This document shows positions 24,701 to 39,700 of a DNA stretch of 64,000 nucleotides, piece by piece. The notes below the pieces were generated by a model. The model was not told the DNA's origin, did no database searches, and was given only the letters and a program-made list of their open reading frames with translations. The stretch covers positions 2,234,001 through 2,298,000 of the forward strand of contig CM119378.1 in assembly GCA_051294905.1 (NCBI GenBank). Reading direction: 5' to 3'. The translations under genes were made by a program, and so were the position numbers. Position 1 is the stretch's first letter; each line of letters begins with the position of its first letter. Source of the DNA: Botryllus schlosseri (Eukaryota).

Positions 24701-27700
24701 TCTAAAACTAGATATTCCTGTTGGGCGATTCTATATTTTTGCTATAGCAGACAGGAGGTCACGAAATAACATCATGCAACGAAGTCATACCAACGGATGC
24801 GCCCACCCGAATATGTTTTATTAGTTACGTGCCCTACAGTTTCCAAGACACATCACAATGTTCGCTCTAAGTTTTGATGAGTCTGCGCACACTCAACAAC
24901 TCACTGCGCTGACCCTTGGACAACAGTGTGCAACGACTAAAAAAGGTCATAGCTTCGGATTTGTTGTGCGCAACGTAGATTTTCTGTGCGCAGAGTCCGT
25001 GTCACCACTGCGCACGTTCGGGGATTAGAGGGAACATCACACCTTACTCAGCTCTACCGGTAAATCTGATAACGTGAGCAGAGAGGACAAGAAATTGATA
25101 GCAATATATATTCCCGATCCCCGATCTTACTGACCGATTTTATCATGAATTATTGAAAGTTATCGCGCTTCGCACTGGCTCGCTAAACAGTACAGCTATT
25201 TCCGTGGCAAAAGCGAACAACGTGATGGGTGGGCGGTCGGTTTATCACCCTATGGGAGCCCAAGACCCAAGTTTTTTCGGGGGGACTGACGAAGTGCCGT
25301 TTCGTTCCTACCAAAGGGTATACGCCCGAAGATGTATAATTATTATTGAGGGGGCCTACCTTTTCAATCACACATCACTCAGCTTTACCGGTAGCCGAAA
25401 GGGGGGTCTGGGGGCGAAGCCTCCCGGAAGTTTGGTTTATCACCCGATGGGGGGCCCATGACCAACGTTTTATTTGGGGGGGGGGGGGGCTGACGAAGTG
25501 CTGTTACGGCCCTGGTAACGAATTAATTTTACCTACGGGCACGCCCAAATATCTTTAATTATTAATTACGTGTCCTTTATTTTCCCATACAACAGCTCAC
25601 TCAGCGCTACTGGTAAATCTGATTATGTGGGCTGACAGGATAAAAAGTTTATAGCGACTTATGTATGTAATTACCACCTATTCATTCATGCATTATAGAA
25701 AATTTTGGCACCTAGGGTGACCAGGCCACACAAACTTTGCCGACCATCGAAATCAAGCTATGGGGTTCTTGGGGGCAAAGCCCTCAGAAGTTTGGTTTAT
25801 CACGCTATGGGTGCGCAAGTCAATCGTTTTAGGGGGGTTGACGAAGTGCTGTTACGGCCCTCCCTCTTACTCATTGCCTTTATTACATTCCTTACAATAT
25901 GAGGTTGGGGGGCGCTGGAGCACGATAATTTTCGAAAGGGGGCGCTGGAGGAAAAAAGGTGAAGAACCACTGCTCTAGAGTCTAGACCAGTGGTTCCCAA
26001 CGTGGGCGATATCGCCCCCCAGGGGGCGATTTGTCGGTCCAGGGGGGCGAAAATAGCCAAGGGGGCGATAGGGGGGCGAAAATGGACGAAGGGGGCGATA
26101 GGGGGCGATGGCGCGTTGAAATGGCTATATTGGCGTCCATGACCGTAACTGCCACACCCAAACCCCAATTGGGATGGGCGGCCAGATCTCGAAGGGAGCC
26201 CACAATTTTTTCGTGAATTAACATTAATTATTGAGTATTACTTTGGAAATTTGGGCAACTTTTTCAAAAAAAAATTCGCGCTGCGCGCCATTTCGTGGTC
26301 AGATATTTCTTCCTTATGGGATACCATTCCTCCAAGAAATAATACGCATTAGTTATAGAAATGGGCATCTCGGCGTCAGCCATGACGCACCAAGACATAT
26401 AACATGTGACATGCGACTCCGAGAAGTGTGCCAGAACGAGAAAACCTTGGCGGAAAAAGACTGCCTTTATGCTGACCGACTTCGATATATATACGATATA
26501 CATATATATTTAATGGTCCATAGGCGCCTAAATAGCTGGTGCCTAAATAGCTGGCGCCAAATGTTACTGTCCTTTCAATCAGAACCCCACAAAAAATGCC
26601 ATCTCGCAGAGGAAAATTAATTGCCAGTGCAGAAATATCAATTTGAAATCGTGTGCGTCTTTTAGTTTAGTACGTATGGGCGATTTGACAGAGCAGACAG
26701 GCCACAAAATGTCAGGACGTAGCGAAGTCATACTCACGGGTCCGCCCGAATATGTTCAATTATTATTTACGGGCCCTACATTTTCCAAGACACCTCACTC
26801 AGCTTTACCGGTTAATCTGAATACATATGAGCAGAGAGAGAGGATAAAAAAATTAACAGCAATGTATATGCAATTCCCGATCATATCGACCGATTCAATC
26901 ATGAATGAGAGAAATTTTTCGCGCTTCGCGCGAATTAGGCCCACTAACTAAAGAGTCCAACAATTTGTGCTGAGAAGTAGCGGTCAAGAGGTATCGTGGA
27001 AGTTGAGTCTGAGGGGCGCAGAAGTTTGCTTAATCACCCTATGGAGGAGGGGGTCAAGACCAACGTATTGGGGGCGGGGTGACTAAGTGCTGTTACGGTC
27101 CTTTTGGGAATCAAGTCGGAGAAATCACCTTTTTTGTTAGTCAACTCACCAAAATTTAGCTGGAAAAGTGTAATTTCGAGGTCGAGCCGAAAAGTTGACC
27201 TTTTTTTTTAGTCAACTCGCCGGTTATTTCAGTCTGTATGCCCATTTTTCGGTTCCCAATAATTAGGGGGCGATTATCAGTGTGGAGTTTGAAAAGAGGG
27301 CGATGAGTCGAAAAAGGTTGGGAACCACTGGTCTAGACGTTTGCACCAGTTTTTGTTCAACCCTGCTACTATGTGTGTTATATTTACCTTTGTCCGTTCT
27401 GTTCGCGTTCACAAGTACAGACAATCCATTGACGAGCAGGCTTTCGTGATGTCGGACCAGCGTTAGCTGTAATAATATAGCGAGACATAATTCGTGATTC
27501 ACCCTAAACTTATTTGGTAGCCGGTATTACATACAGTTATGAAACAAGTTGTTGAAATCCCAAAATCCATCAAATTAGCAGAAACAATCCCTAGATATAC
27601 ACTCAAGTGCATTATTAGACTGGTTATTTCAAGACACTCACAGACTTACAGAACTTCAATATACAATTTAATAAAATAGGTTTATTCTAGTATCACCATA

Positions 27701-30700
27701 GTATTCAATTCTATAATTCTCCAAAAAAAGAGTCAATACTAGATGAGCTATCTATTTACTATCAGGCACACTGTTCCAAATGTTTGATCCCATATATTCA
27801 ATAGACTCCTGAGGCGATCTAAAGTTTATGCGGTGTACATATAAATGTCCAGAATCTGCTGGCCCAGTAGAATAACCATGCACAGTACAAGATTGTTTAA
27901 ATATGGTATTGAAAGAAGGAAAAACATGTATAACCTGAGTCCTCCGCATTCCGCAAAAGTAGAAGTATTTCGAGTTATATCATCTCTGGTTTGGGATAGA
28001 CTGATATCATGATATTCAAAACTTCAAAAATAAGATATCATTTTCATCATATGACTTACTGTCACTGTTCCCCAGATACGGTAGTGTAATATATCAATAA
28101 TGGTAACGAATTGCAAGCTCATCTCACGCAAAGCAAATGAAAATGACAAGACACCTCATAAACGTTACATTATTGCGATCCTAATTATCATAAGCTGATA
28201 CGTATAAGATTAGGTTCCCACCTTATATCCTGAACCTAACAGTGGCGTTAAATGTTCTCCACTTCTGAAGTCGTAATATCTGAACAGCTTCCCCGGTATG
28301 ATATGATACTCGATAGTATCGTTGAATGAGGAGGGTGATATTTTTGCAGCACTGAGAAACGAACAAAGGCAAATTTATTACATGGAAGTAGCCTTGGAAA
28401 AACCTAGTACCAGAGTGAATCGTTTTATTATGATTTGAACGATTTTTGACATGTCAAAAAGAGTGAAAATTTTGTCGAAATTGTAGCGTTAGGTCCAAAA
28501 ATGTTAAAATTATTTATATAGTCAAAATTTTTTTGCAACCTGCATTTCGTTTGTATCGTAGATTTTGCACTGTCGGTGAACTTATCATTTGACATTTTGC
28601 AGCTTGCAGCCTACTTTATAGGCCTATCGTTGTAGACGGCCCATTGTCTGCTCATTGTAAATCATAAACATTCAAATGAAGCAAATAGGTTGACATGGTG
28701 TTATGGTCAACGTACCGCAATATCCTAACTGAAGATAGACTGTGTGAGCATTGCATGGTTTTTATATCAAGAAGTGATGGAGACAACATTGTCAGAAGCA
28801 ACTGCTGCTGTTGAACGTTCTTTCTCCATTCTTGGCAAGCTACTTAGTAAGAACAGACACTTTTTACCCGAGAATGTAGGAAAGTATCTTTCGTTGGACT
28901 GCAACAAATCTTAATTATTTCTACCATAATACGTGATGTAACTACTGGAATTTGTCATAGGATCAGATTTTGTTAAAATAAAAATTTTTCTCATAAAAAT
29001 TAGTTTTTGAGTCGAAAAAGTTTTTTCAGTCAAACTACTTCGTAAGGATAGAGAGTTCCAACCAGAAATGAAGACAAGTGGTACAATTTTAAGTGGGAAG
29101 ACACTTCATTTGCATATATTATGTCAAAATTTGGTCAAAATTAAGTTTTTGGGGGTAAGAAAATGTCAAAATGTTGATCTTCTGTTTTTTAGGTAAAAAA
29201 ATCTCATCAATTATAACGTCACAGATGTGTACGTTTTATGGGAACACAAAGGATACAATGCTAGTACTACATCACATTAAAGACTATTTGGTATTTTCTC
29301 GGCCGTACCTGTTTCATTGCACTTTATGACAATGCTGTTCATTGATCACGACTCGCATTAACGTGCATAGCTTTGTACTACATGTTTCGTGTGCTGGGAT
29401 ACAAGCCATGGAGGTTTACATCCTTCCACAGGGTAAAGTAGTATTAAAACTGTAATTGCCATTGATAAATTACCTCTTAGTGGCAAGGAGGTGGCACACT
29501 TGGTGGTATTAGTCGACTCGGATCATTAGAATTAATACTTCATTCTGATTCATGTACCAGAATCATTGGTTGACGAAATAAGTCTCTCTCTATATATATA
29601 TGCAATTAACACAACCCGAATTACCTGACAGCCGAGTTTGGCGCCAGAAACACAGTGTACGGCGTCTCCGATGATTCGAGATCGCTCAGATATCCCGACT
29701 CGTTCATTTTACCAACAAAATCTGAGTAATTCTCAAATCCCGTCCCCTGCAAAGAAAGGACGATGATATCCATGAAATATTTTGTTGATCACGCACCACT
29801 AACATTCAACACTGTCGACAGATTGGGGTAATTATTGACAACGTCCCTCGGAGGCACAAGCACAGTGTCGATGATGTGGATGACTCCTCTCCCACTGACA
29901 GGGATGTCGGGCGCTATGAGTTTGGCGTACAGCTTTTTGCCGATGGTCGGCAGTTGGACAACTTCCGTTGTGTTGATACCAACATTCTGTAAATATACAA
30001 TTTGTAAAGTATGATTCGTCATGCTGATAAGTTTGGGTCGCTGTTCTTTACAAATGAGGAGCAAGTAAAGAATGAATTGAAGAACGAGACTCAAAAGAGA
30101 AAGCCAACTAGAAGATCATAATTGAGAGACCATTCTTGGCGGTATTTATATCCTTCTATCTGTATATTACATTGCATACTGTGTGTTGTGTATCACATTG
30201 AACATTATGCGTGTTGAGGGAATGAAAATAGAGAATAATGATTATCAATTCAATTTATTATCAACAATTTCATCATTTCAATACGCTAGAAGACCACGAT
30301 ACAATGAAAAGATAGTAAGGTGTCGAAACAACTTGGAGTAGGCTTTGAAATTAGACACCCACCTGGCCTAGGAGATGTAAGAAGGAGGCGTGTACACGGA
30401 ATGAAAAGTAAAAGAAGACAAGATAAAAGACACACGAAAATGAGAGATTCATCATCATTGTTTTATTAGCAATTTTTATCAGTTCAATACACCACAAATG
30501 CGATACGATGAAAAGATAGTAAGGTGTCGAAGCGACTAGGAGTAGTCTATGTAATCAGACACCCACCTCGCCTTATGCGATTTAAAGAGGAGGCATGCAT
30601 ACTGCACACTGAATGAAAAGTAAAGAAGATAGTATAGAAAAAGCAAGCGACAAAAATGGGGTGGTATGTCATGGAAGGCGAGATCAATAGGTCAGTCGTG

Positions 30701-33700
30701 GTCCGGTAATCTTGAGGATGGACTGTATTTATTTAGTAGTAATTGCTTGTATTTCGACTTGAATGTGGACATGCTTGTCGACTGTCAGATAGCAGGCGAG
30801 ATAAAGTTCCACACATCAGAGGGCTTTTTCAGAAGGTGAGAACGATATGTCAGGCCGTGGTCCGGTAAACGCGCGGGCTGACTAGTCTTGATTCAGTAGA
30901 AATTGTTTGTATTTGAATGTCATATTTCAAGTCGAGTGATTCCTTATACCGTCTTCAACATTTTGCTACTTAACAAGACACAGCGTCATTTGTAGTAACT
31001 ATAATTTGATTACGACTTGAGCTCCGCTCCTTTATCCGGTGTGTCTATTTAATCATACAAGGTATTACTTCAAATAATCAGGATTGTAATCAAGTCACAA
31101 TGCTCCGAGTCACAAGTCAATCTCGCTTTTATAGGTTTGATTCGAGTCAAGTTGAGTCATTTTCAATTCACCAGAGTCAAGTCCGAGTCCAAGTCAGAGA
31201 GCATAGGGTGGAGTCCGAGTCATGGCATTATGACTCGAGTCCGAGTCATTGTGTTAACTGCTCAGTTACCATTTTAAAGTCTTGTTAACCCACTTTTAAT
31301 AACTCTGTTTGGTGATATTGAATGGTTCGCATTTATATCATAATAATTTTCTCACTTTTAGCAGTTTCTGGTCGCATTTTCAAGTAGGCCTACCAGTACA
31401 ATTAGATAAAATCCCAATAGTGTGGTTACTTTACTATTCTTCGAAATTACATTAAATATCGGTCTCGGCCGTCTGAGTCTCGAATCGCATGACTTGGTTC
31501 GAGTTATGAGCAATGACTCGAGTCCAAGTCGGGTCAACACACAGATTGACTCGAGTCGAGTCGTTTCCGTATTTTGAGAAAATGACTCGAGTCAAGTCGA
31601 GTGATCAGAAAATCGTGACTCAAGTCATTACAACTGCAAATGAGAAACACACTCACGACGTCACTGGAATCGACCGTTATTTTGTTGATGTCAATATCCA
31701 CATTTATCAAGAGACTTTGTAAACTTGTTCCCTCTCTGTCGACAAGAGCCGACGTGAGCAGCAATTCTAAAAGACAAGCAACAATCAACTTCTATGTGAA
31801 AATCTTCACTGCAGCTAATGAATAACATATATAAATATTTCAGAACCAAACGACACATTACACACAGTAAATTTCTACTTTATTGCAATTTATAGTATCA
31901 ATTTATAAGACATGTCGAAACTACTTCTAGTGGAAATAGCAGATGAAGAATTGAAAAATACTCAAGTAGACGATTTCAGAAAGTAGATTTGGTCAAGCAG
32001 TCACACAATTTCTGCAGTCAATCGGAGATGGTCACTAGAGTTGTTCGAAAATAACTTTTTTTCAGGATTCCGGGGAATCACTCGATTGTTAGGTTGCCTA
32101 AAAAAAACACTGGACATCATATTTGGCTCAATTCCAACCAGTAGAAGCCACCGCAGAGCCAATTGAAATTTTTGAATTTATTGAAACCAAATTTTTTTTT
32201 CAAATTTTACTGTCAACTCCATGAAATAGTTAAGTTGCCTAACAATTTTTGCCTAATTCCAACCGGTAGAAGCGAAGTGATTATGGCAGTTGAAATTTGT
32301 GGATAATCCCAAGATTATTAATGAAAACTCAAATAACTTCATTTCTACGGGTTGTAATTACGTCAAATTTTGTTTTGTATCGTTTTGGTAGACAACTCAA
32401 CAATTTCATGGGGTTGACAGTAAAATTTGAAATTTTAAAAAAAAAATTTATAATAATTTCAATTGGCTCTGCAACGGCTACTACTGTTTGAAATTGAGCC
32501 AAATTTGGTGTGCGGCGTTTTTTTTTCAGGCATTGTAAAAATTTAATTGGTGAATCTCCGGAATCTTGAAAAAAAAAGTTATTTTTGAACTAGCCTAAAT
32601 TGGTCACCTCCGAAATTGACCAATTGATCGAAATGACACCACAAGTAGGTAAAATTTCCAAAAATATATCGATTTAACGTAATACAGGGCTATCTCGCCT
32701 AGTTGCCACAATTCCACTCATAAAAGAGATGCTAGCATATACCTAAACTACTTGTTACGTTAAAAAATGAAAAGTGTCAACAGTGTGTACTTTGTTAGTA
32801 AAAAAACGTTGCACACCAAATTTCGTCGCAGTGAAATCAAAGCGTCTTATCTTCGTTTTGCACATTGAGAAAATTAACTCAAGTTTTCATTTTCTTTCAG
32901 TCATTTGACATTTTTCAAGTTTTATAAATGAACCTTCAAAATTTGAAAACTGGAAATAAGCCACTTTGATTCCGCTGCGATGATTTGGCTAAAGCAAAGC
33001 TATTTTCCGAGAGTTTGAAAATTTTGAATTTACCATGAAAAACTTCAACAATTTTTTTTTCAAATTTTACTGGCTAATCCATGAAATTGTTACGTTGTTT
33101 ACTAAAACTATGAAAAACAAAGTTGACCCAATTGCACCCAGCAGAAGTGAATTTAACCGAGTTTTTCATTCATGATTCTTGGATTACAACCAGTAAATAC
33201 TATTTTTGGAAATCCACGACTTTAAACTTCAATAAACTCGCTTCTACCAGTGGCAACTGAGCCAAATTTGCTGTGTACTGTTTTATTAGACTTCTTGACA
33301 ATTCCATGGAGCGAGCGGTAAAATTTTTGAAAAAACAAATTCAACATTTTCCAACTGATAGCTTCACTCTGGCTAGTCATAATTTAGTCAAATTTGGTGT
33401 GCAACGTTTTTTTGGTCAACCAAACAATTTTAGCTAATAGCCGCGAAAATCTGAAAAAAAAGATAACTTTGAACCACCCTACTGACCACCTCTGGTTATT
33501 ACTGAACTTCAGATAATATCTGCAATCGGAGTCAACTTGACTCAATTTCAACATACCTGGGACAATGTGATTTTTCAGAACATAAGGCAGATGTTGCTCG
33601 GTCAACCAGAAGCTAGCGTCACCACCGTTTAGACTGGACCAGGCCGAATCCATCGGAAAGAAGCAGGTGAATCCATTCTTCAGCTTCAAAAAGTTTTTTT

Positions 33701-36700
33701 TCATCAACTTAAAAACTTTACAGACGAAGTATTTGTAACAATAAATTTGAGGTAAAATTCAAGGATGCGGTAATATTCATCTCCTAGAATCTTAGAGTAT
33801 GATTTTCTGCCTATTTCAAGAACAACATTGTTGTCAACGCTGTAAAAAGTATTCAAATAAGTTCCTTGAGTTATAAAATTTGAACGTTGGAACAATTAAT
33901 GGAGTATTTGGTTGTATTAAGTTCGTTTTGCGTTATTTTAACTTTACCACCTGACGAAGGAGCGGAGCTCCGAAAGCTTGTGCTATAAATAAAATTATTA
34001 CGTTGCAAGTGGACGCTAAATAAGGTGTCAAAGCAACCAAGATCTTAGTATTATTCATAATATAGCAATTTTTCTCAGTCTCCACAGTTTCTGGCACTAT
34101 TGTCCAAGTAGGACTGATAGACGAAATCCCTATCATGAAGTAACTCTACTATTCTTCGAAGTTACAATGAAATGTCTGTCTTGGCCGTCCTAGTATCGAG
34201 TCATATGACTTCGTTTGAGTCATGCACAATGACTCTAGCACAAGTCAAGTCAATACAAAAATTGACTCGTACCGCGTCATTTGCCGCATTTGAAAAATGA
34301 CTCGAGTCATTACAACCCTGATGCGCAATTCATTTTGTGCGGCAAATTAGCGTAAGGGTTCTTCAGGTAAATGAAGGTTATGAACCCTGGGTTGGAGTGA
34401 ATTAATGTGCCAATGTGAACATATTGTTAGTTACTGTAAAACTGTTTCCAACATACATTATTCAGCAGCGATCTAATTTGACGCCATCTCGACACCCACG
34501 ATTGAATCTGCGAAAGATCCGATCGCAGCGCTACTTCCTGCAGAAGATTCCCGACGCAACCATCACCTATCGCTTCATAACCTTCGAAACACGTACACGT
34601 CCTCGCGCCGGGGCCTGTTTTGTCGCACCTGTCGATGTCGATGTCGATGTTAATAACTCCTGATGATGGATAAATAGAATAGCAAGACCGAAACTTCATA
34701 AACTTGAAGTTAACTAGAAACATATCGAATGCAACATTACATCGGAATATAAAGCACAAATTTATTTGTGTTTTGACCAAGTTTTCCGAACATAAGACCA
34801 AACATGTCACATTGTCAACAGCACAGTAACAACAACAACAACAACAACAATCATTGGGTTATAATTTTCATCTGAACATCTGACATCAAACAGCAAATGA
34901 AATTCACAATGACCACATGTAAAAGTAAGAAAGCAACATTTAAACATATATTCATGGCATCAGCACAGAAATTTGTTTGGATGATGTTTCCAAGATTTTC
35001 TTGACAAAAACCGTTGATGATTTAAAATGAGATATAAAATAGATTTCGCATCTGTGTCAGACTTGCACAACTAGATAATTTTAGTTGTCTAATTTCACTA
35101 AATGCCAGTCATCCAATTTTAATGTATTTTTGAAATCTTTCTTTGCTCTAATTCTAGTTCGAATCTAATCTGTGAAATGTTTCTATACTCTAATTGTAAT
35201 TCTAATCTAATTTGTTGTTTTCCTGAAAATGCCTCTTTGTCCACTAGGGCTCTTCAAAAGTGACATTTTTCTCAAATCGTACTGGCTACTTGATAAAATT
35301 GTTAGGTTATCTAATTTCAGCCTACATACCAAATTTGGTTCAATTCCAACCGGTAGCCGCATTGCTACAGGATAAGAAAGTTTCTATTTATGATATAAAA
35401 ATAAACAACAAAAAATTTGAAAAATTTCTGTTTACCCCATGAAAGTGTTAGGTTGTCCATAGAAACGCTGTTCACCAAATTTGGTTCAATTCCAAACAGT
35501 GGAAGCGGAGTTATTGCCGTTGAAAAATTTGAATTTGAATAAAATAGTATTCACCGTGGGCACCACTATAATAAACAATTAAAGGATTGGTCACCGTAAA
35601 TACTATTTTATTCATAATCCAAATTTTTCGACAGCAATAACTCCGCTTCCACTGATTGAAATTGAACCAAATTTGGTGAGCATCGTTTCTATGGACAACC
35701 TAACACTTTCATGGAGTGAACAGGAAAATTTCAAATTTTTTGTCATTTATTTTTATATGATAAATAGAAACTTTCTTCTCCTGTAGCAATGCGGCTACTG
35801 GTTGGAAGTGAACCAAATTCGGTGTGTAGGCTTGAATTAGGTAACCTAACAATTTTATCAAGTACCGAAGCCAGTGCGATTTGAGAAAAAAAAGTCATTT
35901 TTGAAGAGCCCTATTGTCCACCGCATTTTGCAGCAAGTTAACGAAAATATCGCTCTCGCGCAGGGAGATCCAGTGCCAATGTGCCATCTAATTGCTTACA
36001 CCGCACAGTCAGTGGTTATTGTGACGAATAATACCCATGCTGGCATGGTAGCTTGTACTGTGCGAGCAACCTTCTAGTTTCGATCACAATGCTTATGAAA
36101 ATGAATTCTAATTCGATACGAACTGAACCTGAATTTTACCGTATTTCCTTCACATTTGTGAAAGTTATATTTTATTTCAAGACGGTTATAACGGACGGTG
36201 GAAAATTTTAAACTGTTGTAACTAGACCTTTGCTAAAAAACGGTTGGGTAGCCCTGATCTATGTAATAATGGGATTAACACAGATACCTAGCCCTCGTGC
36301 TGCAGCCGCCGTTATTTTCTTCGCACAAGTTAATCTCCGTACAGGTAGTTCCGTCGCCCCTGAAGCCTTCCACGCAGACACACTTATGCTTCCCGGGTCC
36401 GATGTAAATGCAGTCGGCGTCTTCTGAGCAACCTCCTCTGTCGTCAGCCTCGCAATTATCAACGGGATCGCAAGTTTTTCCATTACCTGTAGAAAAAAGT
36501 AAATGTTTTTGAACAATATAGACGTGTAGATATATCGTATTGACGCTCGTCAGGGGTAATCACCAGCAACTAGTAGAGATTCGAAAAGAACCTTGCATAT
36601 GAACAATATCACCACCATCTACTTTCTTCTACATATCTCCTTTGTCAAACTACTTAATTCATCAACATTTTCACTAGTCCGGAACACCACCAGATTTTGA

Positions 36701-39700
36701 TGCAGTGAAAAGATGGGAATGGGTCAAAACGACATGGCACCATTTGTCATATAATCAGGGTTGTAATGACTCGAGTCACGATTTTGTGATGACTCGACTT
36801 GACTTTAGTCATTTTCTCAAAATACTGAAATGACTCGACTCGAGTCGATTTGTGTATGGACTCGACTTGGACTCGAGTCATCGCCCATGACTCGAACCAA
36901 TTCATATGACTCGAGACTCAGACGGCCAAGACCGACATTTTATTGTAATTTCGAAGCACAGTAAAGTTACCACACTATTATGATTTCGTCTATCGGTACT
37001 GGTACTTGAAAATGCGACCACAAACAATTGAAAGTTAGGAAAATTAGTCTATTGTAAATGCGAACCATTCGATATCTCCAAACAGAGTTATAAAAGTCGG
37101 TTTAACAAGACTCTAACTGGAAACTGAGCAGTCAACAAAACGACTTGGGCTTTAACTCGAGTTATAATACCATGACTCGGACCCGAACCTCTGCTCGATG
37201 ACTTGGACTCGGACTTGACTCGGTGGTGAATTGAAAATGACTCGACTTGACTCGAGTCAAAACTATAAAAGTGAGATTGACTTACGACTCGGAGCTTTGT
37301 GAGCTGGTTACAACCCTGCATATAATAAACTGTCTTCCAGACTATAACAAATATTGGCTCGCCAATGATCTCGAACTGATCGTACACTTGAAAGAAATTT
37401 TGGTATCGGCCATTAGACGCAAAAAAATTTCGGCATGATGTTATAGCATGGTTGTAGGTAGTCAGATAACTATAATCTGCAACTGCGGGGAATATTGATG
37501 TATTACTTATAGGTTACAGATGTCTAGACGCAGCATGTATAGTTTGTTTCATGTTCTAAGGTTGTTCAAAAATAATTTTTTTTCCCGGATTTCGGGGATT
37601 CACTGATTAAATTGTTGGGTTGCCTGAAAAACGCTGCTGCACACCAAATTTGGCTCGATTTCAATTGATAGATTTTTTTTTAAATCAAATTTTACTGTCA
37701 AACCCGTGGAATTGTCGAGTTGTCTACAAAAATGATGCAAAACAAATTTGACGTAATTCTGACCAGTAGAAGCCAAGTTATAGGAGTTTTTCATTCAGAA
37801 TTCTGGGACTACCCACCGTCCAGGCTATTTTTGCGAATCCAAAATATTCTTCTACCGGCTGGAAGTGAGCAAAAATGGTTAAGCATCATTCTTTTCGACA
37901 ACTAAACAATTTTAAGGAGTTGAAATTTGAGAAAAAAAAATTTAAATTTTTTTATAATAAATTCAAAATCTTCAAACTCCTGTGCATTCACATCTACCAG
38001 TTGAAATCGAGCCAAATTTAGTGTGCAGCGTTTTTTTTTTCAGTCAACCTAACAATTTAATCGGTGAATCCCCGGAATCCGGAAAAAAAGTATTCCAAGC
38101 AAATCAGTTCTTACCTCTGAAATTCGGAAAACATTCACAGACAGACTGACCGCGTCCAATATTAGAGCAGTAAGCTGACACGGAACATGGATAGTCGTTG
38201 TTTTGAAAATCACATGGATCGTAAGCCTCACAATATATTCCGTCTCCCTTGTAACCAGGCGTGCACGCGCAACTGTAATTTCGGTGCAACAACGTGATAG
38301 CTACTAGAGGGAAATAATACTCGACTGATGTTATTACAACTCAAAGGAAGATTACTTTCAATTGCCTGTTGTCGGCCAATCGACCCACAATACCCATCGA
38401 ATCGCATACCAGGAATTCGTGCGAACCGGTGCCACAATATCCTTTCGTTATGGACTTGTAAGGTTTTAATATCCGAAACATCGAAGTACGGTACCATTCA
38501 AAACAAGTGTAAATGTGTCAATTGCTTAGAAAATGTAGTAATGTATTAATCGAGGTCAACCACCTGACTCCATGACCAGTTGGAATGTGCAGACTTGGTT
38601 CTTATACAACTGCATAGATATAAAGCAAGGGCTCCCAAGCAAGGGATCGCGACCCCAATGGAGTTGCTTGCCTATTCTCTGGGGTTGCGGAGACAAAAAT
38701 TAAGTACCAATGACTGTCAGAAGAATGTCAATGAATCGACTGCCATCGGCGCTTCATATCTGAATATTTTAGCTCATTTTTCAAAATAGAAGAAAAAACC
38801 AATGCAAACCCGGCAAACAAGATATCATATCAGTTGAAGCGTCACTTAAAGCGCCACCTACTCTAACGCAAAGTTAGTGTCTGACCGGTAGTTCTATGTG
38901 TTAACAATATAATACATACACAGGACACACGTAATAACCACGTTGATAATAACGTAAATAAACACGTAGTAATCAGGTGTGGTAGCGATCATAAAAAGTT
39001 CGGGAACCCGTGCTATAGAGACTCTAGAAATCGTTGAAAAGACCAGCACACATTGCAGAATGATGCAGATTGACAAGTTGTGACTTATGCCATTCTGTCA
39101 TAGATGAGAATTTACAGTTAGGTCAGGTAAAACTAAGGCTGTCAAAATTTAGATATTATGAACAAACTTACAAAATATCAATTGCAACTGAATAATATAT
39201 TCATATTGAAATAAATTGGAACATTGTCGGCTCAGGCATCAGGGGTAATCATCAGCAACTACTAGAGAACTGGAAAGAATATCGTATATCAGATATGGTG
39301 ATGTGATTACTAACACTTTTCATTCAGTGTGCATGCCTCTTTTTTACATCGCCTAGGCCCGGGTGGGTGTCTGATTTCGAAGACTACTCCAAGTCGTTTT
39401 GACACCTTCCTATCGTTCATTGAATCGCAGTCTTGTGGTGTATTGAAATGATGAAATCTTTATCAATAACTTGAATTGAATTGAATACACTATGTTCTTT
39501 CCAGTGATGATTACCCCTGGCGAATATATTTGGGTTTATTTCAATATGAACATCTTGTTCAAGTGTATAAGTTCTGTACCTCCAAGAGTCTTGACAAAAG
39601 TTCATAGTGGAAAAGATAATGCATCTCATGTACCTGGTATTTCCGTTTTCGTCAGGAGTACACATTGCGAATTGATGACAGGATAGCAAGCCGTTTGCGC

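Noticed and set aside
25284..25310. CTGACGA in the hAT internal module as another hammerhead
   Set aside because: No GAAA/UH core or closing helices follow.
25153..26951. Several 100-129 aa ORFs as genes or transposase
   Set aside because: They lie in low-complexity or repeated interiors of non-autonomous hAT elements; no recognisable domains.
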